Source: an uncultured Gammaproteobacteria bacterium
Lineage (GTDB): Bacteria; Patescibacteriota; Microgenomatia; UBA8517
NCBI GenBank assembly: GCA_964540475.1
Contig: CAZIMC010000001.1
Span: 9,873 to 73,872, forward strand
Direction: 5' to 3'
DNA: 64,000 nucleotides
The notes under the pieces were generated by a model, which saw only the letters and a program-made list of their open reading frames with translations, had not been told where the DNA came from and did not search any database. Of the stretch, positions 29,572 through 38,849 are shown in pieces. Position 1 is the stretch's first letter, and every line of letters starts with the position of its first letter. The translations under genes were made by a program, and so were the position numbers.

Positions 29572-30480
29572 TTATAACAGTTTTATTTGCTTATACGATT
29601 CAATCTTTTGTCCAACTTTTTTAACCCGTTCTGTGAGTGTCTTAAAGCCAAATTCTTGGAATAGTTTTAAAACTTCAGGGCTATCAATGTCCCACTTTGA
29701 AGCTTTCTCAATGTCCAAGTTTATTGGCACATTCCTAACGATCGTAGATAACTTAAGTGAAAGTTTAGCATTTTCTTTGTCGTTTACCAGTTTGTTGGAC
29801 ACCTTTACCGGTAACTTGTCTAAGTTTTTGTATATATTTTCTAAACTTCCAAATTCTTCAATCAAAGTTATCGCAGTCTTAGGACCTATTCCACTAACCC
29901 CCGGGTAGTTGTCAGAGGGGTCACCCACCAAAGCTTTCAGGTCGGCAATCTGAGATGGTTCAACCCCCATTCTCTCCCGCACCTCAACTCTTCCATATAA
30001 TTTTGCGACTGAAAGACCGGACACTGGCATATAAACTCTAACACGGTCACTCACAAGCTGCAGAATGTCTTTGTCCCCTGTTACAATTACAACCTCATCT
30101 GCCAAATTACTAACTACCACAGTATGTGCGATAGTTCCAATTAAGTCATCTGCTTCAAAACCTGCTTTAAAAAAAAGGGGAATTTTTGCTGCCTCTAAGA
30201 AGCTTCTAGTTTTCGCAATCTGAGAAGACAATCCGTCCTCCATGTGCGGCCTCTGGGATTGATATTTTTCAAACACCTCGTGTCTAAAGGTCTTTTCTTT
30301 TACATCAAAACAAACCGCAACGTGTGTCGGTTTCAGGTCTTCAATAACTCTTAGAAACATTGAGACAACGCCATACAAAGCATTAATCGGCTCCCCATTT
30401 TTGGTTGTTAACGTATGGGGTATTGCATGATAAGCCCTATGGAGAATCGCAAAGCCATCGACTAGAACCAGTTTTGTCAT
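29572..30480 (-). CDS. 5'-3' exonuclease (FEN-family, stand-alone Pol I N-terminal-like domain)
   Basis: LVLVDGFAILHRAYHA, GDKDILQLV, and an H3TH region. 302 aa with no polymerase domain. Confidence 0.75.
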   Translation of the reverse strand: MTKLVLVDGFAILHRAYHAIPHTLTTKNGEPINALYGVVSMFLRVIEDLKPTHVAVCFDVKEKTFRHEVFEKYQSQRPHMEDGLSSQIAKTRSFLEAAKIPLFFKAGFEADDLIGTIAHTVVVSNLADEVVIVTGDKDILQLVSDRVRVYMPVSGLSVAKLYGRVEVRERMGVEPSQIADLKALVGDPSDNYPGVSGIGPKTAITLIEEFGSLENIYKNLDKLPVKVSNKLVNDKENAKLSLKLSTIVRNVPINLDIEKASKWDIDSPEVLKLFQEFGFKTLTERVKKVGQKIESYKQIKLL

Positions 30481-30520
30481 CTGCTTATTTTAGCAGTATG
30501 ACCCCAAAATGCATATGAAG

Positions 30521-32431
30521 TTAACCTTTAGCAAGAACTGGGCTTATTGAGGCCTTAACTTTTCTAATCTCACCAATCTTTTGACCAACTATCTTTTCAA
30601 AATCATCCCGGTCCAAGGTTTCTTTTTCTAATAGTGCATCTGCGACCTTGTCTATTATCTTTCTTGAGGTCCTAACTATTTTCGTAGCTTCTTTGTAGCA
30701 GGCATCTATTATTGACTTTACCTCATTATCAATTTTCTCTTGCATAGCTGGGGACACTTTTGCTCCTTCGTAAAACTCCATATTGCCAAAATCGCCAAAC
30801 CCGGTTTGCGCATCCCAGTTAACCGGCCCCAGTTTACTCATCCCAAAGTCAATAACCATGGCCTTCGAAAGCTTTGTGGCTTGCTCGATGTCACTTGACG
30901 CTCCTGACGTCATTTCATTGAAAACTACTTCTTCAGCGGCTCTTCCCCCAAGCATTGCAGTAATTTGCTGCAGGAAGCGCCCCTTAGTCTCATGAGTGCG
31001 GTCAGCCGCCGGAGGAATTAAGGTATGGCCCAAACTCATCCCCCTGGCAACAATCGATATTCTATGCACGGGGTCGGTTTTCGGTAAGACGTGTGCAACA
31101 ATTGCGTGCCCGGCTTCATGGTAGGCGGTAATTCTCCTATCCTCCTCTGTTTGAAGTTTTCTCTTGGCAGGGCCTAATTTAACCTTGGTTGCGGCTTCCT
31201 CAATATCCTCCATATTGATTTCCTTTTTGTTGCTTCTTGCAGCAAAGATCGCCGCCTCATTCAACATATTTTCAAGGTCTGCACCGGAAAAGCCAACAGT
31301 ACGATCAGCAACTCTGCTCCACGCAATACCTTTGGTAAACTTTTTACCTTGTGCATGAATCTTTAGTATTGCCTCCCTGCCTTCTTTATCAGGCATATCT
31401 AAAGTTATCCGTCTATCAAACCGTCCCGGTCTTAAAAGTGCAGGGTCAAGAAGATCTCCCCTATTGGTAGCGGCAACAACTATAACATTGTCATTAGGAG
31501 TAAAACCATCCATTTCTACAAGAATTTGATTCAATGTCTGTTCGCGTTCGTCATGCCCACCAACTAACCCCTTTCCTCGCTGCCTTCCTATGGCGTCGAT
31601 TTCATCAATAAAGATGATAGAAGGTGCAGACGCCTTCGCGGTTGCAAACAAATCTCTAACCCTCGAGGCTCCCACACCTACCAACATTTCCATAAATTCC
31701 GAGCCTGCCATCGAGAAAAATGGAACGCCAGCCTCACCTGCCACCGCCCTGGCCAAAAGCGTCTTTCCGACACCTGCTGGTCCAAAAAGCAAAACACCCT
31801 TAGGAGTTCTTGCCCCAATACTTCTATATTTCGCGGGGTTTTTTAGAAAATCAACAACCTCTTCTAGCTCTTGCTTTGCTTCGGTTACCCCTGCAACATC
31901 CTTGAAGGTCACTGACTGTTTACCTTTAGCGAAAAGTTTCGCCTTGCTTCTTCCGAAAGAAAATATGTCTTGTGCCCCCCTGCTTTGCGCCCTGATTATA
32001 AAAAAGAAGAAAAGAGCCATAAGCCCCAAAGGAAGAACAATTCCCAAAACTTCTCCAAACGCCCTTGTCATACTTTGGTCTGCAACGGAGTAATTAACAG
32101 TTGTTGGATCAATTCCAGCAGACTCCAAAAGTTCCGCAAAGCTTTGGTTTGGTTCTTTAATTGTATATCTCTCCACGCCGTCCAGATAAGTTAATATAAC
32201 CCTCCCATCCTGGATTACTATTTCGTCAACTCTCCCTTCACGAACATCCGTTAAGGCGGTCGAAAGCTGAATGCGGTCTTCATCCGGTTGAAGTTGCAAA
32301 GCAGAAAAGAGCATAGGGAGCATAAAGACCACCACCAATACGCCCAATAATACTGTCCAGAGGTTTAGTTTAACTTTAACACCGAATTTTCTTTTTCCGT
32401 TTTTTGATTGGTTATTGTTTTTCCCTCTCAT
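30521..32431 (-). CDS. ftsH: ATP-dependent zinc metalloprotease FtsH
   Basis: TM anchor, AAA Walker A GPAGVGKT, SRH, and HEAGHA zinc motif. Confidence 0.9.
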   Translation of the reverse strand: MRGKNNNQSKNGKRKFGVKVKLNLWTVLLGVLVVVFMLPMLFSALQLQPDEDRIQLSTALTDVREGRVDEIVIQDGRVILTYLDGVERYTIKEPNQSFAELLESAGIDPTTVNYSVADQSMTRAFGEVLGIVLPLGLMALFFFFIIRAQSRGAQDIFSFGRSKAKLFAKGKQSVTFKDVAGVTEAKQELEEVVDFLKNPAKYRSIGARTPKGVLLFGPAGVGKTLLARAVAGEAGVPFFSMAGSEFMEMLVGVGASRVRDLFATAKASAPSIIFIDEIDAIGRQRGKGLVGGHDEREQTLNQILVEMDGFTPNDNVIVVAATNRGDLLDPALLRPGRFDRRITLDMPDKEGREAILKIHAQGKKFTKGIAWSRVADRTVGFSGADLENMLNEAAIFAARSNKKEINMEDIEEAATKVKLGPAKRKLQTEEDRRITAYHEAGHAIVAHVLPKTDPVHRISIVARGMSLGHTLIPPAADRTHETKGRFLQQITAMLGGRAAEEVVFNEMTSGASSDIEQATKLSKAMVIDFGMSKLGPVNWDAQTGFGDFGNMEFYEGAKVSPAMQEKIDNEVKSIIDACYKEATKIVRTSRKIIDKVADALLEKETLDRDDFEKIVGQKIGEIRKVKASISPVLAKG

Positions 32432-32468
32432 ATATTTCTAATTTCTGTTGAATTATACCACGAATGTT

Positions 32469-32822
32469 TCAGGCTACTTTGGTGCCGTTTTCTACCTTTT
32501 CCTGTAGATTAAAAAGTATAGTTGGAGTGTCTTCATCGTCTTTGGGCACTGCCATTATCATCATGCATTCGCTGAAGTCTCCTTCCGGCCCAATCTTTTT
32601 AGGCTCTAAGTTAACCACAAAAGGATACTGATTTTCAAGCAAATCTGTGGGAGTAAAAAATTTCATAATACCTGAGAAACACACCTTCTCTCCAATTTCT
32701 GGACCAAAATCAACCGTAAGCTTCATTACCCAATGGCTCCACTGAGGAACCTCTGCTTTAATTACGGTGCCGATTCTAATATCAACTTTCTTAAAATCCT
32801 GGAATGTTATTGTGTCAGCCAT
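32469..32822 (-). CDS. tRNA-binding (Myf/EMAP-II-like, CsaA/Trbp111) domain protein
   Basis: DIRIGTVIKAE OB-fold signature. Overlaps the trpS stop. Confidence 0.55.
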   Translation of the reverse strand: MADTITFQDFKKVDIRIGTVIKAEVPQWSHWVMKLTVDFGPEIGEKVCFSGIMKFFTPTDLLENQYPFVVNLEPKKIGPEGDFSECMMIMAVPKDDEDTPTILFNLQEKVENGTKVA

Positions 32823-33801
32823 TTTTTAAAAAACCTATTTTTTCGTAGACCTCCTCCAGTTTCTTGGAAGAAAGTTGTCTTGCCTTTCTGGCTCCTTCCG
32901 ACAATATTCTGACAATCCTACCGTTCTCTTTTAAGCTGTTGTATTTTACCTGAAAATTATCTAAAAAATCGCATACTACATTTGCCAGTTCTTCTTTGAA
33001 TTCTCCATAATTTGCACCCCTAAACTTATACTCGACTTCATGTACAGAAAGACCGCTAAACTCCGAATAAATATCTATAAGATTTGTAATACCTGGTTTT
33101 TCAGCAGTTCTTTTTATTTCATTCCCGTCATCAGTCGTTGCTTTTTTAATTTTTTCAAACACAACCTCTCGGGTATCAAGCAAATATATCTTTGAATTTT
33201 CGTCTGGATCCGACTTGCTCATTTTTTTTGTTGGATCAGAAAGGCTCATTACCCTGCCGCCTACGGTTGGTATTACTGGTTCGGGTATTGTAAACGTCTG
33301 CCCGAATTTAGAATTAAATCTCTCCGCCAAATCGCGAGCCAACTCAACATGTTGTTTTTGATCCTCCCCTACAGGAACATGCGTGGTGCCATAAAGCAAA
33401 ATATCGGCGGCCATCAGGGCGGGGTATGTAAAAAGGCCTGTACTTACAAAATCTCTTTTATCAGATTTCTCTTTAAACTGTGTCATCCTGTTCATTTGTC
33501 CCATCGAAGCCATGCAGTTCATAATCCATGCAAGATTCGCATGATCGGGATTCTGGGATTGGACGAAAAGGATTGATTTTTCGGGATCTATTCCAGAAGC
33601 TAAGAGTATTGCCGCAATTTCCAAAGTCTTTTCGCGTAACACCAATGGTTCCTGGGCAACAGTAATTGCATGCATGTCAACTACACAAAAAATGTTTAGG
33701 CCGTCATTTTGCCCCTCCACCCAGTGCTTAATTGCACCGATGTAATTACCAATATGAAGATTTCCCGATGGCTGGATTCCTGAAAAGACAACATTTGCCA
33801 T
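32815..33801 (-). CDS. trpS: tryptophan--tRNA ligase
   Basis: GIQPSGNLHIGNY (HIGH) and KMSKS motifs; 328 aa. Confidence 0.9.
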   Translation of the reverse strand: MANVVFSGIQPSGNLHIGNYIGAIKHWVEGQNDGLNIFCVVDMHAITVAQEPLVLREKTLEIAAILLASGIDPEKSILFVQSQNPDHANLAWIMNCMASMGQMNRMTQFKEKSDKRDFVSTGLFTYPALMAADILLYGTTHVPVGEDQKQHVELARDLAERFNSKFGQTFTIPEPVIPTVGGRVMSLSDPTKKMSKSDPDENSKIYLLDTREVVFEKIKKATTDDGNEIKRTAEKPGITNLIDIYSEFSGLSVHEVEYKFRGANYGEFKEELANVVCDFLDNFQVKYNSLKENGRIVRILSEGARKARQLSSKKLEEVYEKIGFLKNG

Positions 33802-33871
33802 ATTTAGGCTATTTTAACATAACTTGAGCCTCAAGTGGGTTTGAGTTAAAATAGGAAGGCGCAAGTGGTTT

Positions 33872-33943
33872 GGCTACGTAGCTCAGTGGTAGAGCAAAGA
33901 TTTCATAAGTCTGAGGTCACTGGTTCGAATCCAGTCGTAGCCA
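33872..33943 (+). tRNA. tRNA-Met, elongator type (anticodon CAU)
   Basis: GGCTACGTAGCTCAGTGGTAGAGC...TTCATAA...GGTTCGAATCCAGTCGTAGCCA. The acceptor and D arms are nearly identical to E. coli elongator tRNA-Met. Confidence 0.75.
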
Positions 33944-33989
33944 CTCTGTATACATACCTGCTGTGGTATAATAGGCATGTTCACCTACA

Positions 33990-34059
33990 TGCGGGGTAGT
34001 GTACGGCTGCACGGAAGGCTCATAATCTTCCAGACCGGGTTCAACTCCCGGCCCCGCAA
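33990..34059 (+). tRNA. tRNA-Met, initiator-like (anticodon CAU)
   Basis: TGCGGGG...GGCTCATAATC...GGTTCAACTCCCGGCCCCGCAA. A weak 1-72 pair (U-A) and a CCCCGCAA 3' end resemble initiator tRNA. The alternative call is tRNA-Ile2 (LAU). Confidence 0.55.
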
Positions 34060-34065
34060 CACGAC

Positions 34066-34476
34066 TTAGAAAAATAGCTTATACCATTTTCTCCAGTTAG
34101 GATCTGGCAGCGCCTCTTCTTCTTCGGGAATCTGCGGTGCTAGCATTCGCAAGATCTCAGGTTCTGGAAGAACAATGACCACTTCACCTTCTTTTGCTAA
34201 GCCTAATTTATCTCGCATCTGTTTTTCAATAAAAGTCTGACTTTGTGCTTCAGCAATCTTTTCTTTCAGCTCCTCGTTTTCTTGCCGTAGATTCTCAATT
34301 CGCAGTTGAGAGTTTGTGATATCTTGCTTAACTTTTGAGACCCGCGCCACATTTCTAACCAGGGATATGGCAAAAAAAAGCACAATCACAACCATTCCTC
34401 CCACCATAAAAACCCGTGATTTATTCGCTAATGGGTAATGCGTAAACTTGTTTTTTTGTTTCATATTTGTCTTCAT
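34066..34476 (-). CDS. septum formation initiator (FtsB/DivIC family)
   Basis: Single TM helix then a coiled coil, and EKQMRDKLGLAKEGEVVIV, the typical C-terminal motif. Confidence 0.6.
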   Translation of the reverse strand: MKTNMKQKNKFTHYPLANKSRVFMVGGMVVIVLFFAISLVRNVARVSKVKQDITNSQLRIENLRQENEELKEKIAEAQSQTFIEKQMRDKLGLAKEGEVVIVLPEPEILRMLAPQIPEEEEALPDPNWRKWYKLFF

Positions 34477-34556
34477 AAGAAGTATTTTTAGATTGACTAA
34501 AGGGCCCCTTGTGTTATTATATAGGTCTTAGCCCGCATAAACTGCTCTTCCATATT

Positions 34557-35417
34557 ATGACACAAACATTTAAAGACCTGCTTCCGAGGTTTTTGGAAAG
34601 CTTAAAAGAAAAAGGCCGCTCACTTTCAACAGTTCTAGCCTATCGTGCTGATTTAGAACAGCTGGGGGCGTTTCTACAGGCAAGGAATAAGGTTCTTACA
34701 CCGCAGGTAACAACCCAAGATCTGGAAAGTTTCCGGGACAGCTTACTTACAGAAAAATATACCCCAAAATCAGTCTCACGGAAATTGAATGCCATAAAGA
34801 CCTTTTTCAGATGGCTTATAACGGAAAATGAAATCACCTCAGATCCTTCGGCACTTGTTGCACACCCTAAAATCGAAAATTCAGCACCAAAATTTCTCTC
34901 CCAACTTGAATATAGAGCCTTAAGAGATATTGTGCGAGACGATCCTCGCATTGCAGCGATTGTTGAGCTTATTCTCCAGACGGGCCTGCGAATTTCAGAA
35001 GTCGCAAGTTTAAAACTTGAAAATCTGGAAGATGGCTCACTCAAAGTTGAAGGCTACGCAACCCAACCTGAAAGAACCATTCCGCTTAACGCCCGAGCCC
35101 GCGAAGCGCTAAATAACTATATATCAAAACGGCCATCAGTTGATTCTCCCTATATTTTTGTAAGTAAAACCGGGAAACCCTTAGCAGTTAGAAACATAAG
35201 AGCAGCAGTTGACAGATACATGCAACGCTCAGAAATAGGGAAATTCTCAGTTAACGATTTAAGAACTACATTTATTATTGAGAATATCAAAGGCGGAGCT
35301 GACCTAATCCTTCTTTCTCAGGTCGTGGGGCACAAAAGACTCTCAACAACCGAGAAATACCTCGACCTGGCAGGGGTAAAAGAACCCGGCAAAAAACAAA
35401 ACCTACTGGAACTGTAA
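34557..35417 (+). CDS. tyrosine recombinase, XerC/XerD family
   Basis: Catalytic region with LRISEV (Arg I) and VGHKRLSTTEKYLDL (His-x-x-Arg ... Tyr). About 287 aa from MTQTF. Confidence 0.75.
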   Translation: MTQTFKDLLPRFLESLKEKGRSLSTVLAYRADLEQLGAFLQARNKVLTPQVTTQDLESFRDSLLTEKYTPKSVSRKLNAIKTFFRWLITENEITSDPSALVAHPKIENSAPKFLSQLEYRALRDIVRDDPRIAAIVELILQTGLRISEVASLKLENLEDGSLKVEGYATQPERTIPLNARAREALNNYISKRPSVDSPYIFVSKTGKPLAVRNIRAAVDRYMQRSEIGKFSVNDLRTTFIIENIKGGADLILLSQVVGHKRLSTTEKYLDLAGVKEPGKKQNLLEL

Positions 35418-35439
35418 TTGCTGCGCGGATAATACGAAA

Positions 35440-36774
35440 CTATGGCTGTTTCGTCTGGCCAGTTGCATTCGGGGAGCTTATTTGTGTATTTACTGGATGA
35501 CCGGCATCTATCTCTGCTGCCATCTCTGATTCTAATCTTTTAAGCATAATGTCGGTTCTATCACCAACAGCTTTAACAAGCCCATGTGAGCCAACTTTAA
35601 TTCTTCTTGTCGCTTCGTCGAAACCTTCGCCTCTAGCTTTAAGTATAGCCTTCCCCACCTCCAAAGCCTTACTTTGATTTTCTATTGTCATTCCGGCCAA
35701 GGCCCGGACTTGTGGCCTGAGACTCTCGTTCTCAAGAGCCCGATTGACGAAATATAATACGTTAAAATTACCTAGCACTACGCTTGCAGGTACTCGGAAC
35801 GACCTACTTGGATCATTGGGCGTAGGTAGCATTCTCTGCCCCTCACCCAACAGACTTGCAAAAGACCCATATACCCTTAAGGGTAAGCCATCAACTCTAT
35901 CGAGCAGACTGCTCCAGCCTGTCACTTTTCCGTTCCTGAGGTCTCTGACGAAATTCTTGGCATCTTGCGTGTCCAATACAACCATTGAAAGTACGAGCCC
36001 TGCAACCTCTTCGGGTTTGTTTACTAGGTGCATATTAAACTTGAGTCGCTCTTCCAATATTTGCCATCTTTTTTCCAGTGTGCCTGATCTCTCAGAAATT
36101 TTCATCAATGCGAGATGGAGATCTCTGTGAGAGACACACAATCTTCCCCCAGACTCTGTCTGGACTGTGTCAGCAAGCAGGCTTACTACGTCTCCTGCTG
36201 TCATTTCACCTTGAGGCTTTTCGATTATAGAGCCCTGCGCATCGACCTTGATTGCATACTTTCCAGGCATCCACATCCTCCACGCAACATCAGCCGAACC
36301 CAAAGCACTTCTGGCATCACCATGCACTGTCAGTCTTATGGCTTCTTCGCCCTCCAGATTCGGATTGGGATCTTCTAATTCCACAAACACTCCCGGATAG
36401 TTGCTTCCATATAAATCCCAGACCTTCGGTGTTTTTGGAGCTCGCCACAATCTGCCGTCTATTCTTGCAGGGATAGCTACAGAAATTAGGCCGTTACTGG
36501 TTGTCTTTCTAAAGGGACTTTCATCAAAGAATACTGGCCGATTAGAAGTGTGCAAATGTCGCAACCTGCCATGTTCATATAAAGCTCTAGCAGAAGCCTT
36601 GTAAGCTGTACCCGTTTTGTCACCTGCCCAGGCACCAACCCTACTTAGACCCCTGAATGTATCCCCACCAATAGATTTTCCTGCATTGTACAAATCAGAA
36701 GCGAGTACTTTTCCGCCTTTGTAACCAGTTTTTATTGCTTCTTTTAATGGCATAGATTGCAAGAAATATAGCAC
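35440..36774 (-). CDS. hypothetical 444-aa protein whose N-terminal part carries R-S-E-type ADP-ribosyltransferase-like motifs; clearly higher GC than its neighbours
   Basis: TFRGLS (Arg41), FRKTTSNGLISV (T91-T-S93) and YPGVFVELED (E132-x-E134), with spacings of 50 and 39 residues, as in C3/iota/VIP2-type ARTs. No signal peptide. Confidence 0.35.
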   Translation of the reverse strand: MLYFLQSMPLKEAIKTGYKGGKVLASDLYNAGKSIGGDTFRGLSRVGAWAGDKTGTAYKASARALYEHGRLRHLHTSNRPVFFDESPFRKTTSNGLISVAIPARIDGRLWRAPKTPKVWDLYGSNYPGVFVELEDPNPNLEGEEAIRLTVHGDARSALGSADVAWRMWMPGKYAIKVDAQGSIIEKPQGEMTAGDVVSLLADTVQTESGGRLCVSHRDLHLALMKISERSGTLEKRWQILEERLKFNMHLVNKPEEVAGLVLSMVVLDTQDAKNFVRDLRNGKVTGWSSLLDRVDGLPLRVYGSFASLLGEGQRMLPTPNDPSRSFRVPASVVLGNFNVLYFVNRALENESLRPQVRALAGMTIENQSKALEVGKAILKARGEGFDEATRRIKVGSHGLVKAVGDRTDIMLKRLESEMAAEIDAGHPVNTQISSPNATGQTKQP

Positions 36775-36813
36775 AAAAATGCTATGGGGTCAATGTGGAT
36801 ACTAGAGTACACT

Positions 36814-37227
36814 TTACCATTCATAAAAAGTATCATTTTGCGGAAGCTTGGGGAACACGTTCGTTGTCACTATACAATTAAAATCACCAAATTTCTGACA
36901 TCCTATCTCGTGTACTCCCAAACCGATAACCAGCTCTTCTCCAAGATTCTTGATAATCCGGCAATCAGAAGCTTGAGTCTGATTAGCATAATAAGCAGCG
37001 ATAAAGGGATATATTGTTATGCTAGGAGAGCGATTCTTTGATCTTCTAGATTCATAAACCCATTCACGAAGGACGCGGACAGGAAATCTGTGAGAGGCCA
37101 ATATTCTTTCAATCCGGTCACAGGTAAAATTGAGATTTCTATCAAATAGGACTGGGACCATCCCCCGCTCCTCCAACTCAATCTGCAGATGATCCTTTTT
37201 AAGCGGAGCAAATTCTCGCTGAGACAT
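36814..37227 (-). CDS. hypothetical protein (137 aa, four Cys)
   Basis: ORF only; no motif recognised. Confidence 0.3.
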   Translation of the reverse strand: MSQREFAPLKKDHLQIELEERGMVPVLFDRNLNFTCDRIERILASHRFPVRVLREWVYESRRSKNRSPSITIYPFIAAYYANQTQASDCRIIKNLGEELVIGLGVHEIGCQKFGDFNCIVTTNVFPKLPQNDTFYEW

Positions 37228-37257
37228 ATTCTGGAGATTATATCAAATTATATCAAT

Positions 37258-37596
37258 TCACGGGTTTTTCCTGGTAAGAATAACGTCTCCCCGCTCGTGG
37301 ACAATTGAAATCTCTGTGCCATTTCTAAAAAAGAATGTTGTCGAAATTAGCCGATTATCCCTGCTTTTAACCTCGCCACTTTTGATTAAATTTGGATTGT
37401 TGGATAGTGCCTCTAACAATGATTCGTGAGAACGTTGGGCGCGTGTACACCTGCCACAATGTTTCAACTGCTGAAACGGACATTTTCCTTCCACCAAAAC
37501 AAGGCAGTCTGTCACAGACATTTTAAATCCCTCGCGGTGGGTCAATACCCTTTCATCATCAATCACAGTCTCGCATTCAAAAATTCGTTCACTCAT
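37258..37596 (-). CDS. hypothetical Cys-rich small protein (possible zinc-ribbon)
   Basis: CPFQQLKHCGRC plus two additional upstream Cys residues. Confidence 0.3.
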   Translation of the reverse strand: MSERIFECETVIDDERVLTHREGFKMSVTDCLVLVEGKCPFQQLKHCGRCTRAQRSHESLLEALSNNPNLIKSGEVKSRDNRLISTTFFFRNGTEISIVHERGDVILTRKNP

Positions 37597-37601
37597 AATA
37601 T

Positions 37602-38798
37602 TTGCATTTAACTACAGACTCTGCAAAAATCTATACGAATTGTAACATGCCCGAACCAGCACCGCTTGTGTCACACCTTTCCGAAACAGGAGGGCTTCAT
37701 ACCCTCACACCGGACGAGATAACGAGATTTAACATACTTGTACACGACTTTAAGGAACCGCAGGGAGCGCTATATATAGCTTATTCTGGACTACTACAGA
37801 CACTTAAAGGTAAAGTGCCAGATTTGCATAAGGTTATTGTAAACGACGACGATCTGAAAGATATATGGAATGTATGCTTTCTTGCAAACATAAAGTTAGA
37901 CCGAGATGGTAGTCATAAATTTAGATCTGGCCCATTTCAGAGAGTCCACATGATGGAACATAAAACTGAAGTCGCTGCATTTGCCAAAGCCAATAATCTG
38001 AAGCTCCCCAACACACAAACAAAATCCATGGCAGAACTTAGAAAAGATATCTATTTACAATTAGCAGCCAAGCTGGGAAATTCTCTCGAAGATGAAAGAT
38101 TGATAGCTTTTATAACCAACCCCCGCCCTCATACACGTGAGGATACGGAATACTTTTTTATTAATATGCTTAGGATTACAAAGGAAAAACTAAGGTTACT
38201 CCAAACAAAATTTCAAGGTCTTTCTGATTATGTGCCCGATGAGGACGTATTAAAGGTTGCTTTCCAAGATATATCTGATATGGCAGAGCAATCAGTTATC
38301 GAAATCGACTCCGGGTGGGCATTCTTTAAGTTTCTGGATAGCACACCTGAAGAGATTTTAGGGGAAAGAACAGAGATGTCGTTAGCTAAAGAAATTGGAA
38401 CTATTGCGAGAATAGGAAAACTATCAACTGGACAGGAAAAGAAAGTTGTTGTTACCATACCCCACCCCACAACCGTCAAATTACATCCGGTTACTAGAAA
38501 AATGTGGCTTAACATTATCACAAATGCTGTTAAATACAGTAAAAATATCGTTATTGTCCATGCAGAAAATGTTAGTGGGAATTTATCGGTAAGCGTTACC
38601 GATGATGGAAAAGGAATCCTCCCAACAGATTTACAAAGAATCTTCGAGAAAGGGGTTCAAGGCGAAGATGCCCTGGAAAGTACCGGCTTGGGACTTTGGA
38701 AGGCCAAGACTATAGCTGAAAAGCTTGGTGGAAGAATTGAAGTTGAATCTACCCCAGGCAAAGGCTCAACATTCCGAACAATTACACCACTTAACTAA
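37602..38798 (+). CDS. histidine-kinase-like ATPase (GHKL) protein with atypical architecture
   Basis: The C-terminal HATPase_c has N (NAVKYS), G1 (DDGKGI) and G2 (GLGLW) boxes. The H-box-like segment LVHDFKEPQGAL lies near the N-terminus, separated from the ATPase domain by about 220 aa. No TM segment. Confidence 0.5.
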   Translation: MHLTTDSAKIYTNCNMPEPAPLVSHLSETGGLHTLTPDEITRFNILVHDFKEPQGALYIAYSGLLQTLKGKVPDLHKVIVNDDDLKDIWNVCFLANIKLDRDGSHKFRSGPFQRVHMMEHKTEVAAFAKANNLKLPNTQTKSMAELRKDIYLQLAAKLGNSLEDERLIAFITNPRPHTREDTEYFFINMLRITKEKLRLLQTKFQGLSDYVPDEDVLKVAFQDISDMAEQSVIEIDSGWAFFKFLDSTPEEILGERTEMSLAKEIGTIARIGKLSTGQEKKVVVTIPHPTTVKLHPVTRKMWLNIITNAVKYSKNIVIVHAENVSGNLSVSVTDDGKGILPTDLQRIFEKGVQGEDALESTGLGLWKAKTIAEKLGGRIEVESTPGKGSTFRTITPLN

Positions 38799-38849
38799 AG
38801 GCTGATGGTTATAAGCATTGTCTGTTATAATACAGGTGCACAATATTTT

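Noticed and set aside
33802-33871. T-box leader upstream of trpS
   Set aside because: Only about 70 nt separate trpS from the tRNA-Met gene. There is no specifier-loop or T-box consensus (AATTAGGGTGGNACCGCG).
34557-35417. Calling the Xer-family recombinase a phage integrase outright
   Set aside because: Its size and motifs match housekeeping XerC/XerD as well as they match integrases. The island interpretation rests on context and composition, so the feature is annotated only as an XerC/XerD-family tyrosine recombinase.
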